Shown: positions 28,146 through 40,728 of the stretch, one piece after another
How the letters are laid out: every line of letters begins with the position of its first letter
Numbering within the stretch: position 1 is the stretch's first letter
Origin: Monocercomonoides exilis PA203
Taxonomy: Eukaryota > Protista > Preaxostyla
Length of the DNA stretch: 64,000 nucleotides
Assembly: GCA_001643675.2 (NCBI GenBank)
Contig: LSRY02000047.1
Span: 620,001-684,000 of the forward strand
Direction: 5' to 3'
Position numbers and translations under genes: made by a program
The notes under the pieces: model-generated
The model's input: the letters and a program-made list of their open reading frames with translations, nothing else
What the model was told of the DNA's origin: nothing
Database searches by the model: none

Positions 28146-29001
28146 TAATTAATGCATTTATGAAAAAACAATATATAGGTGATTATTTTAGAAATTATGC
28201 TTTCTCATGCAAAATTTTCGGTTCTGAAATTTCTCTTGAACATTAACAAATGAATACTGAAAAGTTAAAAGGGAAATAAAGGGCATTTTAATTTTTTATT
28301 ACTTCAACTATTTTTTATAAAAAATTACTAACATGATTTCTCTCTTTTCAATTCAAAAATTTTAACCAAAAACGAACAACCTTTGAAAAAACATCACACT
28401 TATAATAGTTATGATTTCAAAAATAATTACCCATATAAAATAAATTATTTTTTGAAAATTGAACAGAAGAAATTTTTCTAAAAAAAATTGTTTAATAACT
28501 TAAACAAAAAATTAAAAACTCAAACATATAAATGTTGATGTGTTTTATAAAAAAGTATTTTTCATTTTCAGGAAACGATTGGTAGAGCGTGAAAAGCTAA
28601 TTCATAATTATAAAAAAAATTAAAATAAAATAAAAAAAAGAAAAAAAAAAAAGAAAAAAAAAAAAAAACACTTCTGTCGTGAACATTATTTTCTTATAGG
28701 TGTACAGACAAAATCATCTTCACTTCACGCAGGATTAATCACAATTTCTTCTTTTCTTCAATTCAATGGATTGAATTAGAATTTAGACATTTAATTCGAA
28801 TGAACTGACTTCGTACAAATAAAATAGTCTTATTCGGATATAGTTGAATGAAAGTTTTTTTTTATTTGAAAGAAAAACGATAATTCACAAATGTGAATTT
28901 TTATTTAATATTTTTTGACTCCTGAAATTGATTCTATTTTGAAAAAATGGGATATCAAAATAAAAAAAAAGCATATCTCAAAAAGTTTTTAACCTAAGAT
29001 A

Positions 29002-31371
29002 GTCGGGGTGGAAACCAGAGCCAGGGAGGAAACCCGAGCCAGTGATCTTTTCATGAATATAAATATTATTTCTTTTTTTTTGTAAAAATTTTTGAAATTG
29101 AGTTCTTATAAATGCAAAATAATGAAAAAATACAATATTTATTTATTGCACATGTAAAAAATATTCAATTGAATTGAAAGAAAAGAAAGATAATGAAAAA
29201 TTAAGTAGAATAATAAAGATCAAAAGTTGTTTATTTATAAAGGTTTTCAAGCCTATCTGAAGCTCTGTAAACTGCTCCATAAGATGCACCTTCAGGAGCT
29301 TTTTTTGGCTCAATTTCGGATTGAGCCCATTCCGGAGGTGAATCTGGAAGGTGTCTGAGAATATCTTCTTTATTCACTGGCCACATTCCGCTCACTCTCC
29401 ATGATGCGATAATCGTCTCTGGATAGCTTGCTGCAGCTATTCCATTTTTCAGAACTTTCACAAAGGCTTCTCTTCTCGCAGATGCTGAAGTGACCATGCC
29501 ACAATCCTTTGATTTTGAAAAAACACGCTTCATATTAGCAAAAATGAATTGATCGTTCGGTTGGAGAATGTGGGATGGATAAGACGGTAATTTTATCAAA
29601 TCAATTAAGTTATCTCTGCATTCTTTCTTTATATTTTCCTGAAAATGGCCCACTCCTCCGTCCATAAAGAGAGCTGCATGTTGAAAATTTTCTCCAATCT
29701 GATTCTTTTTTTCAATATTTCCGGCAGAAAATATTTTTTTTAAATAATTCCAGAAATAGATTTGAAGTGAGATGTCCATTTGCAGTTGGAATAAAATCCT
29801 CTTGTGAGGTTGTAGCAAGTCTGTATTCGTTGGGAATTGTTTTTAATGGGATCAGAACTGGAGTAATATATCTGCAGCCATCCGCACTTGTCAATAAATA
29901 CGATGGTAGTGGAAGATGGAAGAGATGGCTCAGCAATAAAAGATGAAGGAGTAGAAGATGATGCTACCAAATCTTGCTCCGAGTCGGAAAAGGATGTTGA
30001 TGTTTCGTCGATATTAAAAATCAATTGTGGCAGAGGTTTTATTTGCTGCATATACATATCATAACAATTAAAAAATGGATTTAAAACCATTTTGCATGTG
30101 CGCGCCACACGTCCAATTGGTAAAGCTTTCGGCTTAACCAGTTTAATTTTTGGATTTCTAGATAAAAATCTATCGACTCAATGTTTGTCCACCTTTTTTG
30201 TATCTTCATCATCTTTTCGCTTCTTCAATAACAACTCGTTGGCCAAAATAAAAAAATTGTTTAATAAAAATATAAAAACAATGAATTGAAACCATTTGCT
30301 CAATAAATTTCTTTGTTGGATTTTTTCCATTGCGCACATCTTCCAATATTTGCTGTTCAAAATCATCCTCTTCTGAAATGGTAAAAAGAGTCGGTCTTCC
30401 GCACTTTCTTATTTTTCTACCTTCGTTTCTTGCTTTGAGAGCTCTTTGTAATGATCCCCGTGATATAAGTTTACACTCCTCAATTTCTCGCTCAGAAAAG
30501 TTCAAAATGTTATAGGCATATATTGCTTTGATAGTATCTTCTTCCATTGAATGCATTTCACTTGTAGCCAACAGCCTGGCCAAAGAGGGTTTAACCTTCT
30601 CCATTATGATCAAAAAACTTAATTTAAAAATTTTGATCAAAGTGCCACATGCTTTCCCTTTACACCATCAGGATGTTCCTTAGTCGGGGTGGAAACCCGA
30701 GCCAGGGAGGAAAACCGAGCCAGTGATCTTTTTTTCGAATATTTTTCATTTTTTTCATTGATGAACAATTTTAAAAAGACGAAATAATTTCACATTATAA
30801 TACATGTGAATATGCTGGTATGCATGCGGTTTTCGTGTTTCTTTGTTGAATGTGTCTATGAAAAAAAAATATTTTTGATCAAAAAATTTTTTGAGTGAAA
30901 ATTTCTACTAATTTTGAAGAAGAAAAAATTTCACATTTTGGCATCATTTTTGTATATTATACACACATACAATTCATTCACGCGTGTTTTCAATTTTCTT
31001 CAGAGGCTAGTTGCGAAACGAGTCAATTTTTCACATTTCTCAACGAGCCTCTGAAGAAAATTGAAAACACGCGTGAATGAATTGTATGTGTGTATAATAT
31101 ACAAAAATGATGCCAAAATGTGAAATTTTTTCTTCTTCAAAATTAGTAGAAATTTTCACTCAAAAAATTTTTTGATCAAAAATATTTTTTTTTCATAGAC
31201 ACATTCAACAAAGAAACACGAAAACCGCATGCATACCAGCATATTCACATGTATTATAATGTGAAATTATTTCGTTTTTTTAAAATTGTTCATCAATGAA
31301 AAAAATGAAAAATATTCGAAAAAAAGATCACTGGCTCGGTTTTCCTCCCTGGCTCGGGTTTCCACCCCGAC
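29002..31371 (-). mobile_element. pogo/Fot1-like (Tc1/mariner superfamily) DNA transposon with TA target duplication
   Basis: TIR GTCGGGGTGGAAACC(A/C)GAGCCAGGGAGGAAA(C/A)CCGAGCCAGTGATCTTTT at 29002 and its inverse ending at 31371, each flanked by TA; encloses a DDE_1 transposase. Confidence 0.85.
29231..30604 (-). pseudogene. pogo/CENP-B-type DD35D transposase pseudogene
   Basis: HTH region (ISRGSLQRAL...GRPTLFTISEE), H*VDRFLSRNP (Trp codon to TGA at 30178-30180), FNIDETS, LFMDGGVGH and SHILQPND with 35 residues between the second and third Asp; frameshifts near 29890 and 29730. Confidence 0.85.
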
Positions 31372-31415
31372 TAAGGAACATCCTGATGGTGTAAAGGGAA
31401 AGCATGTGGCACTTT
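30639..31415. repeat. Near-perfect palindrome, 370-bp arms (30639-31008 and 31046-31415), 37-nt spacer
   Basis: Arms are reverse complements with one mismatch noticed (G at 30778); they include the transposon TIR and the 5' half of the tRNA. Confidence 0.95.
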
Positions 31416-31460
31416 ATCAATAAACTTGCCAAGGTCCTGGTTCAAATCCGGGTTGGGATA
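31380..31460 (+). tRNA. tRNA(-like) gene, Gln-like D arm, apparent anticodon TTA in a 15-nt loop (short intron or pseudogene)
   Basis: Acceptor ATCCTGA/TTGGGAT+A, D stem GTGT/GCAT with A-box TGGTGTAAAGG, anticodon stem TGGCA/TGCCA, T arm CCTGG-TTCAAAT-CCGGG, followed by a TTTT Pol III terminator. Confidence 0.75.
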
Positions 31461-31520
31461 TTTTATTTCCAAATGAAAAATTTGCTTTTTGATTCATTTT
31501 CATAAAAATATTACAATTCC

Positions 31521-32547
31521 TTAAAACGCATATTTAACTTTATTTTCCAAATCAAAAAGAAGAGCGATAAGTGACATTGTGTAAAACATATTACTATGTT
31601 TCAAACAATTAAACTTCAAGTCTTTTTGCCAACATAAGAACAGATACTGTAGACAAAATATTATACGCCTGAAAACAAAATAAAATATCATTACTTTCTT
31701 GGCTAACATCAAAATGCAAACCATCTCTCCGATTGTAACTTCTTCTTTCTTCCAATAACGGGTCCAAAGATAACTGAAAGCAAGAGATACAATGCATGTG
31801 ATTGCCATATTCTCTTTTGCGAGCATGATTGGATATCCAATTTTTGGTAAATGATACACAATTTGAGAACCAAGCATATCAGCAGTCAATCCTGCAGTTG
31901 GTTGAGGATGGCCATACTGTTCAGAAAATAAGAAAATGGAGATAATGCAAATAGACTTCAAAAAAGTGATTTTTCAAACTTTATGATAAAGTCCTGTGTC
32001 ATCTGCAGCATTATTATCTCCTTTCGTTAAAAAGTGTCCATCTTCTGTTTTTGAAATAATTCTATGAACAATTGTAGGGGATCTTCCAACTTTCCACATT
32101 ACAATATCACCGACATCATAGTTTGGCTTTTTCCATCCTGAGGCAATCAAAATATCTCCTCGGTAAAATACTGGAATCATAGAACTTTTAATATATCAAA
32201 AATAATTTGGAAGAAAATCTTAAAAACAAAGTTGTAAACCCTGAAACGCAGATCGAGACTGGATGGATTGTCTTCAGTGCTCCACAAATCGCGAAAAATA
32301 CCTAAAATTATTTTGTTAACCGTACTCAAATTATTACGAAAATTCATACAGCAAGAATAACAAATGTTCCTTTGAAATCATCTTTCATTGCACTGTTAAA
32401 GTCAGAAAAGAATCCTTTCTTTCCTTTTTTACCTCCTTTCTTAGATTTTGCTTTCTTTTCTTTTCCATTCTGTATTTTTTTGTTGACAGATTCTGGCTTT
32501 TGTGGAGATTTTGAGCGAGAAGAACTTTTATTCTTCGATTCTGCCAT
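31521..32547 (-). CDS. SEC11: Signal peptidase complex catalytic subunit (S26B), multi-exon
   Basis: Spliced ...PVSICVSG|SMIPVFYRGDIL...VGDIVMWKV...PTIVHRII...FLTKGDNNAADD...LPKIGYP gives the Ser/His/Asp motifs of Sec11. 3' end approximate. Confidence 0.85.
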
Positions 32548-32921
32548 TGCGGATTATTTAAGTTTATTTAATGGGTCAGATCTTGTCAAATGGATGTGAT
32601 TTAAGAAATTTTCGAAAATCAAGATAAAAATCAAATACACATTTGTTTGTCACTTAAATGCATTTCTATAATTTCCAATAACATTAATGAAAAATTCTTT
32701 CCTTTTTCTTTTTTCATAGTTACACATACTTATTCATTTTTAAATGTTTTTCAGAATTTCTCTCATTAATGTGGTAAAAATTGAAAATGCATGAAGATAA
32801 CGAGCGAAAACATGCAATTGAAGAGAATATCCAATGAATAATGCATTTGATTTCTGAAAGAGTTAAAGAAACATCAATTAGCGTTATTGCAAGCTTTCTA
32901 TTCAGAAAATAAAGAAAAATT

Positions 32922-35900
32922 TCATTTTATTCTTGTTTTTCTAAGCATCAAATGGAAAAGGTGAGGATCATCAGTTTCCTTCACAAATTGTCTCAACTTT
33001 CTTTCTTTTGCTTTTTGATTGGTGCTGTCTTCTGTAACAGCACTTTCAGTTCTTTCTCCACTTCTTTCTCTATTCTCATTCACCCAGCTGCTGTTGTCGC
33101 CACCTTGAACATATTGTGCGCAGTTAGTTTTTGTTAAACTGTCCCATCGAGCAACATCAGATGGGTTGAAAGGAATTGCTGGAAATGAAATCTGAGGAGA
33201 TGGTGGAATGAGAGACGTCTGAGGTGGATCGTGAAGCTGGGCCATTAGCGATAGAGACGAAATTGGTGGGAAAAGACCAGCTTGATCCGATGATGGAATT
33301 GAACATTCGCTGCATTGCTCATGCGACGAACAAGAAGCCTTTCCAACGTGGGGTGTTATTCGAACACTGTTTGAGCTGTTTTTTTGAAGATCGTTCGTTG
33401 AAACTCCTTTATGCGTTTCATGACATTTATCTCCTTTCGCTAAATTCGTTTCACCACTCTGCAACAGATCAATCCTCTTCTGCCTTTCCTCCTCTTCTTT
33501 CCTTCTCTCGTCCTTCTTTCTAACATCGAGAACAGGAGGTGCTGTTGCGTCAATACTTAGCGTTTTCAGTTTTGTCCATGCAATTGCAGGCGGAATTAGA
33601 GGAGGAGGAGTGCAGCAGAGAATATCGTCCTCCTCGTTTTGTGTGAGCGATGGAACATCGTTCGACACACCTTCTTTTTTCTCTCCCTCGTTTTTATCCG
33701 AATTTCTGCAATTCTTCTTTTCATTTGCGCTTCTTGTTCTTTCAATAGCTGCCAAAGAACCAGGATAACGGCAACGACCAGGATCGTCGTCCCACAACAA
33801 CTGTTGAGGAGAAGGTGTTGGAAATAAATGGGGCACATTGTCAGGTGGATGAGTGTTTGACGGGGTCAAGTTTGAACTGCTTGATGGAAGCAGTAGTGAC
33901 GGTACTGAAGCAAATGCAGGACGCTTTTCAATAACATGAATATCACCAGCTTCACAACCGTCCAGTAAATCTTGTGGATGCTGTTGGGAATCCCATCTAG
34001 TACTCCAATTATTTGATCTATTTGATGTGTCTTTTCCCCCCTCATCATTTATCGAAAGAACAGCCAATGACGCGGTGAAATGTTGCTTTGGCAAATAATC
34101 TCTTTCTTTACTCACACGAGATACAAATGCTGGATGAAGTCGTTTAATGATTGTTTTTGGAGGTGATCTCCCTTTTTCTTGTGGGATTGATGGGCTAATG
34201 AACGATTTTTCCTGTTGGAATGTAAATTCAGATCCTTTCGAAGAATGTGAATGTGGAAGATGATGTTTTTCTTTATTAAGAGATGATTGCGGACAAGTTG
34301 CAGAACTTCGAAGAAACGAATTAAGTGGAGATATTTCAAATTCATGTGCGCTGCTCCCGCTGAGAACTTTCCGAGGTTCGTTAGGCAGAGGCTGTTCTCT
34401 CAAAAAAGTTTGAGCCGAAGAAGGAATAGCAAAGCTCTTTGGCTGAAGATGTGATTGCGGAGGAGAAGGGATTAATTCGAGTTGCTCGTCAACTTGTGAA
34501 ATGATTTCGTTAAGTGCTGTCTCAAATGATGAAATGAAGAACCAAATTAGCCTTTTTCAAAATGTTTATAGAAGGTCAATTCTGATAAACATACAAGAAA
34601 ATAATTATTCTATGAATAATTTTCAAACAAATAACTGATTTTCAAAAAAAAAATTCGATATGAAAAAAAAAAATAAGGAAGTTAAATTTTCTAAAGTTAA
34701 AAAAAAAATGCTAAAAGTTTTCAAATATATGTGAAAACGAAGAAATAAAAAAATAATTTTAAACACTTAAAGATTGAAATGAAATAGAAATACCCTACTG
34801 CAACGCAAACAAATGATAATTGGATAATTTATTCACAATGAAATTTTTCCAAAAACACTCAAAAGAAATCTGATATATTTTCAGAGAAATTAATCACTTT
34901 TCATTGAGTTTTTGTCCTTTGACTGAATTTCGTCCAAGATTCTCTTTGATGACGAAGGAAGTTCTACATACATTGACTGATTATGCCCTTCAAGAATAAG
35001 ATCTAACAATGGGATCTCTTTGTATTTTTCTATCAAAATTTCAGCTTTTAGAAAATAATTTCAAATAAAAATGTTAAAATGTTCATAAACGTAAAAACAT
35101 TAATCTTAATATCAATTGATTTATCAAACCTAGAACAGAATCATCTCCTGCAATTGATTTTATAAACTGAACATTCTGCTCCACATTTTCTGATTCTTCA
35201 CTGTCATCATCTTCATGTTGACGTAATGCAGGTGGTTGATAAAATTCATCGTCTTTTTCCTTATTTAAATCATTGTATTTTTCATTGCACTCAAGCGAAG
35301 AAGGAGAAAGCGAAGAAAGGCTTTGATTAATGCTTGCAATTTCTTTAGGTGTTGAAGTGCCGGAAGTGAAGTGAATTGAATTTGAAGGTGATGAAGATGA
35401 TTGGGAAATGACAGTTTCTTCTTTACAAGGAGAAGAAAATGCACAAGATCCGCATTGATAATCCAATTCGTCAGAAGGAGAATGTAAAATAGTCTCTTCA
35501 TTTAAGGAAAATAAAGATCCACCTGCTTCATTTCGATATTTACCATCGAGTTGTGTACCTTTTGCTGTTGAATGTTCAATTGAGTTTCTTCTTGATTTTG
35601 ATGACGTCCTAAAAGAAGGGTCAGCAGTTGCTGAACGATTATGCTTTGAAGTGTTTCGATGAGAAATTGAGTGGGTCGATGTGGACGGAGATCCTAAACT
35701 TGAAGTTTGCATCGAATGATGTTTGGTGTGAGCAAATGAGCACTGATGTTTCATTTTTCCCCAAACTCTTCCACAACGTTTCATTGTTGCTTCTTTCTCT
35801 TCTTCGTCAAGATCTGTATTTATGTGAAAAAGGGATGTAAGTGAAGGAGATAAAGTAGGTGAATCAGCTCTCAGTGGAAAAATTTCAGAATTATCTCCTG

Positions 35901-36800
35901 GAGAACTTGATAAGCACTCTCTAATGTAACTATCATTTTCCAAAGGCTGATCGCATTTTGATGATATTGAATTATTGCTTGTGGAAGGTGTAGCAGGAGG
36001 AGAATGAAGTTTTGCTGATTGACAAGTTGTTTCATCCTTTTCACTCGTTGATTTTTCCCCTTCAACTTCTAAATTTTGAGAACTACATACAGTCGACAAA
36101 ATAGGTTGAATTGGTTGTAATGATGAGTCATAAAGAAATGAATCAACATCCGTGATATCAAGAGAACCAGCTGGTTGCGATGGAGTAAAGTCATCACCTA
36201 TAACTGACGGCGAAAGGACAAGACGAACTGGAGTTAATGGTCTATAATCTTGATTTCTATGATCTTGAAAAGATGAGGACTGAGAAAGTGATGTTGATTG
36301 ATGCTCAATTTCAACAGGAATGTCTGAGCATGAAGTTGTTTTAAAAACAGACGATGTTCTTGACTGAGTTAGTCGTGTAACAAGAAATAAAAAATGAATC
36401 AATAAAAAAAGAATCGCATAATTGTGAAACAGAAAAAAAAGTATAAAAATTAAATCTGTTTTACCTGTTCAATGCACTCATTATCTTTATGCATATAATT
36501 TCTATGATTTTTACTTTGAAACTGTTGCGAAAAACTGTTTGTGAAATCATTATCTTTAAATTTGTGATGACTAAAAATCAAAAATTTTCAACTAGCAGCT
36601 TTTAAGTCAATTTATTCTCTTTCAAACCTTTGAACATCAAATTTCCCCTTTCTTAAATCGGAAAATTTTGAAGGCCCTGACATTTGATTTTGTTGAATCA
36701 TTTTTTCATTAAATGTAATGTAACTTTCATTTTCATCTTTTTCATGAAAATCAACATAATTTGTTAGACATTTTTTTCGTGTAGCAGCCAAACATGATTC
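32922..36800 (-). CDS. Hypothetical Ser/Pro-rich, largely disordered protein, multi-exon
   Basis: Collinear ORFs 36612-36830, 35083-36402 and 32922-34403 with short exon-like pieces between; no recognisable domain. Confidence 0.5.
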
Positions 36801-38753
36801 CATATTTAAAAATATTTGTTTGTTTTTCAATTCAATTCAAATAAATCAATAATTATTGTGGTATGATCGCATTCTCATTTTTTTTGTCTTTAGACCTATT
36901 TACGTTTGTTTTAATCATTTGGCATTAACTTTAGCTGAAGCCAAAAAGTTGAACAAAATTTCAATAAGTGCAGATCTTTTTCAAAAAGATTGAGTCATTG
37001 CGAATTGATTCTCTTCTGGGTTTGAGATCATTGTTTATGAAAGTTTTTTCTTTTCAAATCTTTAATAAATTTTTCTAAAAAATTTATCATTCCAAGAAGA
37101 CTTGAATCATCGTTTTTTCGATTTATCTAAAAAATATGAAATATTCATGAAGAAATTTTCGTAAAATTCAATACTAATCATTAATAATTGTTCAAATAAT
37201 AAAAACACTAAATCATTGGATAAATCTCATTCTTTTGATTTTTCTTAACTGAATTGAAGTTTCACAATGGAATGATAACAACAGATTAAAAAAATAAAAA
37301 TCAAGATAATTAAGCCAAAAAAAATTCATTGAAAAACATAAATGCGCTTTATCATTCAAAATTTTGCTATTTCCATAAGTATTTTATTTTTATTGAACAG
37401 AAATAACAAACAAAAACTGCTTGTCATAAAAAAAAACAAATCAAAAACAATAAATCAATTGTATGAACGTTTTTCATAAGAAAGCGAATGAAAATATACA
37501 CAGAATATGAGTTGATTTAACATTCATAGTTGCAAAATGCTGCAAAATATTCGCTGGGCATTGTTAAAAGCTATTAAAACATAAAAAACAATTCCAAAAA
37601 ATTTGGACCAATTAACATTGATAGATTAAAAACAGACAGAGAATATATAGAAAATGTAAGAATAAACAGTATATTTAAAAATAGATAAAAACATGCAATT
37701 TGTTTACGGAGACAAAGCAAACTTAAATTTCATGATCAAAGTTGGTATATAACCTTTAATTAATTGATCAAACAATAGATTGACTTTTTTTCAAAATGAT
37801 TGAGTCATTTGCGATAAGTTGAATAAAATTCAAAATGAACACTTCTTTTCGAAATGACTAAATAATTCTCAAATAGGTCATTTAAGATTTTGAATAAATT
37901 TTAATTTTTTTTTTGCATTGGATAATGCTTCACATTTTTTGTTTCATCACTATATATACACAGGAATTGACTTCATCAAAAAAGAATTATATTCAACGTT
38001 TGTTTGAGATAATGATTAAATGCAATAGATGCGTGCTTGTTTTATTGCAAATGAAAAACATATATTGTTAACTTTTCGAAAATTTAACATTTTATTTATT
38101 TTATCCAAAAAATTCTTCAACTAAAATTTTGACCAATTTATTGCAATTGAAAAAATAAATTAGCCACTCGAACATATTTAAATATGGAAAGATTACATTA
38201 GAAAAGATTGGTAAAAGAATTGCTGTTGTTTATTAATGATAAAGTGAAGATTATGATATTATGGAAAAAGTCTTGTTCTGATTTGAATCACCGACATAAA
38301 ACTGAAATAGAAAAAATTTTCCTTCCTTCTTTCCTTTCTTTTTTTGAATTTGATTTGAATTATTAATGAGAATATGATCATACGTACTCATTTAATGTTT
38401 TTAATGCCAAAAAAATTTGCTGAAGTTTCATATAAAAATAAAACTTGAAAAAAGATAAAAAAACATGAGTTCTTATTACAAAGAACATCAATAATTTTAC
38501 ACATTTAAAAGAACACTTGGAAAAAATAAAAAACAAAAAAATGCAATAAATAATTGAGATATTTGTTATTTTGTGTAGGATAGCTTATTTCTTTTTCATT
38601 TTTCAATAAGTGAGTTGAATCAAAAGATGAGATTTTATTTCAAAAAGGAAATCAAACATAACGGAACTGTATGAAACTTTTGATAGCAAATATTTTTTAT
38701 CTTTCGAAAAAAGATGTAACAATAAGATCAAAAATACCAATATATATATACAG

Positions 38754-40728
38754 ATGAGTTCAGAAGAAAAAATTCCAACTGCTGCGACTAAGTCCGAAAA
38801 GAAAGAGGAAGAGAAAGTGATAAGCGAGAAAAAAGAACAGGAAGCTGCAAAAGCTGGGGCTATGCCTTCACAAGTTTGAAGAAATCAAGACTTTTTCAAA
38901 AGAACTTATTTTTCGCATTGTTACATGCAAATTGCTGCTCAAAATAAATGTGAAAAAAAAAAAAAAAACAGAAGAAGGAAGAAGAGTCAGCACAAAAAGA
39001 AGATATTCAGTCTTCATCTTCAACTCCATCCTCAGCAACACCTTCTGGAGGTTAATTCGTTTCTTTGCAAAATTTTTCAAAATTTTGAAACATTCTTTCT
39101 GATACATATTGCTTTGCTTTTAAGTTATTTCTTTGCCTGACAAACAGGCCGTTCCACATCTTCCACCGCCACCCGAAGGATTAACGAGACGACCAGGTTT
39201 ATTGAAGCTATTTCAAGACTGTTTAGGAAATTAAATTTAATTTTGATTAAATTTCCAATAGGATCAGATTTGCCAGATTTAATGTATGCGGTGAAGCCAG
39301 GACAGAAAGTGTTGCAAACATTTCCTCCCACTGTTCCTTTGAGCGAAATGTATCCAAAGAAGAGATATCCTCTCGGAAAGCTTGAAAAACATCTTGACGA
39401 AGGGTATTCCTTTATTTTATATATTTTAATTTTTAATGTCAATCTTTTTCATTTGCCTTGGTGTGCAATTAATGAAATTCAGAACAACTCACCGTTCAGC
39501 AAATTCAGAGAAAATTCGATTGGAAATAATGAATGAAGGAATCACTAACGATTTTCGCCGTGCGGCAGAAGCACACAGGCAAATGAGAGCATATGCGAGG
39601 CAGCTCTTGCGGCCAGGGATGCGACTGATTGATTTTGTTACTGAAGTTGAGATGAGAGGGCGCTATCTGATGGAAGATAGCTTTCTTTCTGATGTCTCCT
39701 CAAATCTTCTCAGAGCATCTTGCTCATCTCTCAATCCAGCAATGTCTGCTCTTCTAGGCAAGCTTCTGAACGATGAGGCATCATCGTCAGCAACTCCTTC
39801 GGAAGATGCAGCAAAAGGAAAGAAAGGAAAAGGAAAAGGAAAAGGAAAAGCAGCTCTTCATGAGGATGAAGAAACACGGCAACTGATTTCATCTCTTTAT
39901 CCGGACTACACACACTCCACATGTGGATTGTCATTCCCAACTGGTCTTTCCCTCAATAACTGTGCAGCACACTACACGCCCAATCCTGGTGATACTCGTG
40001 TCCTTCTGGATACTGATGTTATGAAGATCGACATTGGAACCCATATGAATGGGCACATCATCGACAGCGCCTTCACTGTGTGCCTTGACCCGACGATGCA
40101 GCCTTTGATTGAGGCAAGCAAAGAAGGAACATGGACTGGCATCAAAATGGCAGGGATTGATGCCAGATTCATTGAAATTGGAGATGCCATCGAGGAAGTT
40201 ATTTGCTCATACGAAGTAGAGGAAAACAAACGGATGAGATCAATCAGGCCTGTTGAGAATCTGAGCGGTCACTCACTGGGCGACTATATTGTGCATGCAG
40301 GAAAGCTGGTGCCCATCCACAAAAACGCGTGTGATGCGCATTTGAAGATGGAAGAAGGAGAAGCGTATGCAATCGAGACGTTTGCCACCACAGGAAAAGG
40401 AACAGTGTCTGATGGCCCAGACTGTTCTCATTACATGATGGCTCCTGATGCCATGTCGCGCATCGGATCAGTCAGAAACCCCAAAGCACGGAAGCTTCTG
40501 AACCACATCAACCAGCGTTTCAAGACTCTTGCTTGGTGCCGAAGGTGGCTGGAAGAAACAGGAGAGAAACAACACGCTATTCCATTGAAAGCTTTAATCG
40601 ATGCAGATCTTGTTCATCCGTATGCTCCTTTGAGCGATATTTCCCGTTCACATGTTAGCCAGCATGAGCATACGATTTTGATAAAGCCAACTGGCAAAGA
40701 GATTGTTAGTTTTGGTAATGACGATTAG
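38754..40728 (+). CDS. METAP2: Methionine aminopeptidase 2, with several 5' introns
   Basis: FRRAAEAHRQMR, FPTGLSLNNCAAHYTPN, KIDIGTHMNGHIIDSAFT, NLSGHSLG, YAIETFATTGKG, SQHEHTIL; metal ligands D, D, H, E, E present. Confidence 0.95.

Noticed and set aside
29002-31371. Repeated GGAAACCCGAGCCAG units as a CRISPR-like array
   Set aside because: They are TIR sub-repeats without unique spacers, in a eukaryotic context with no cas genes.
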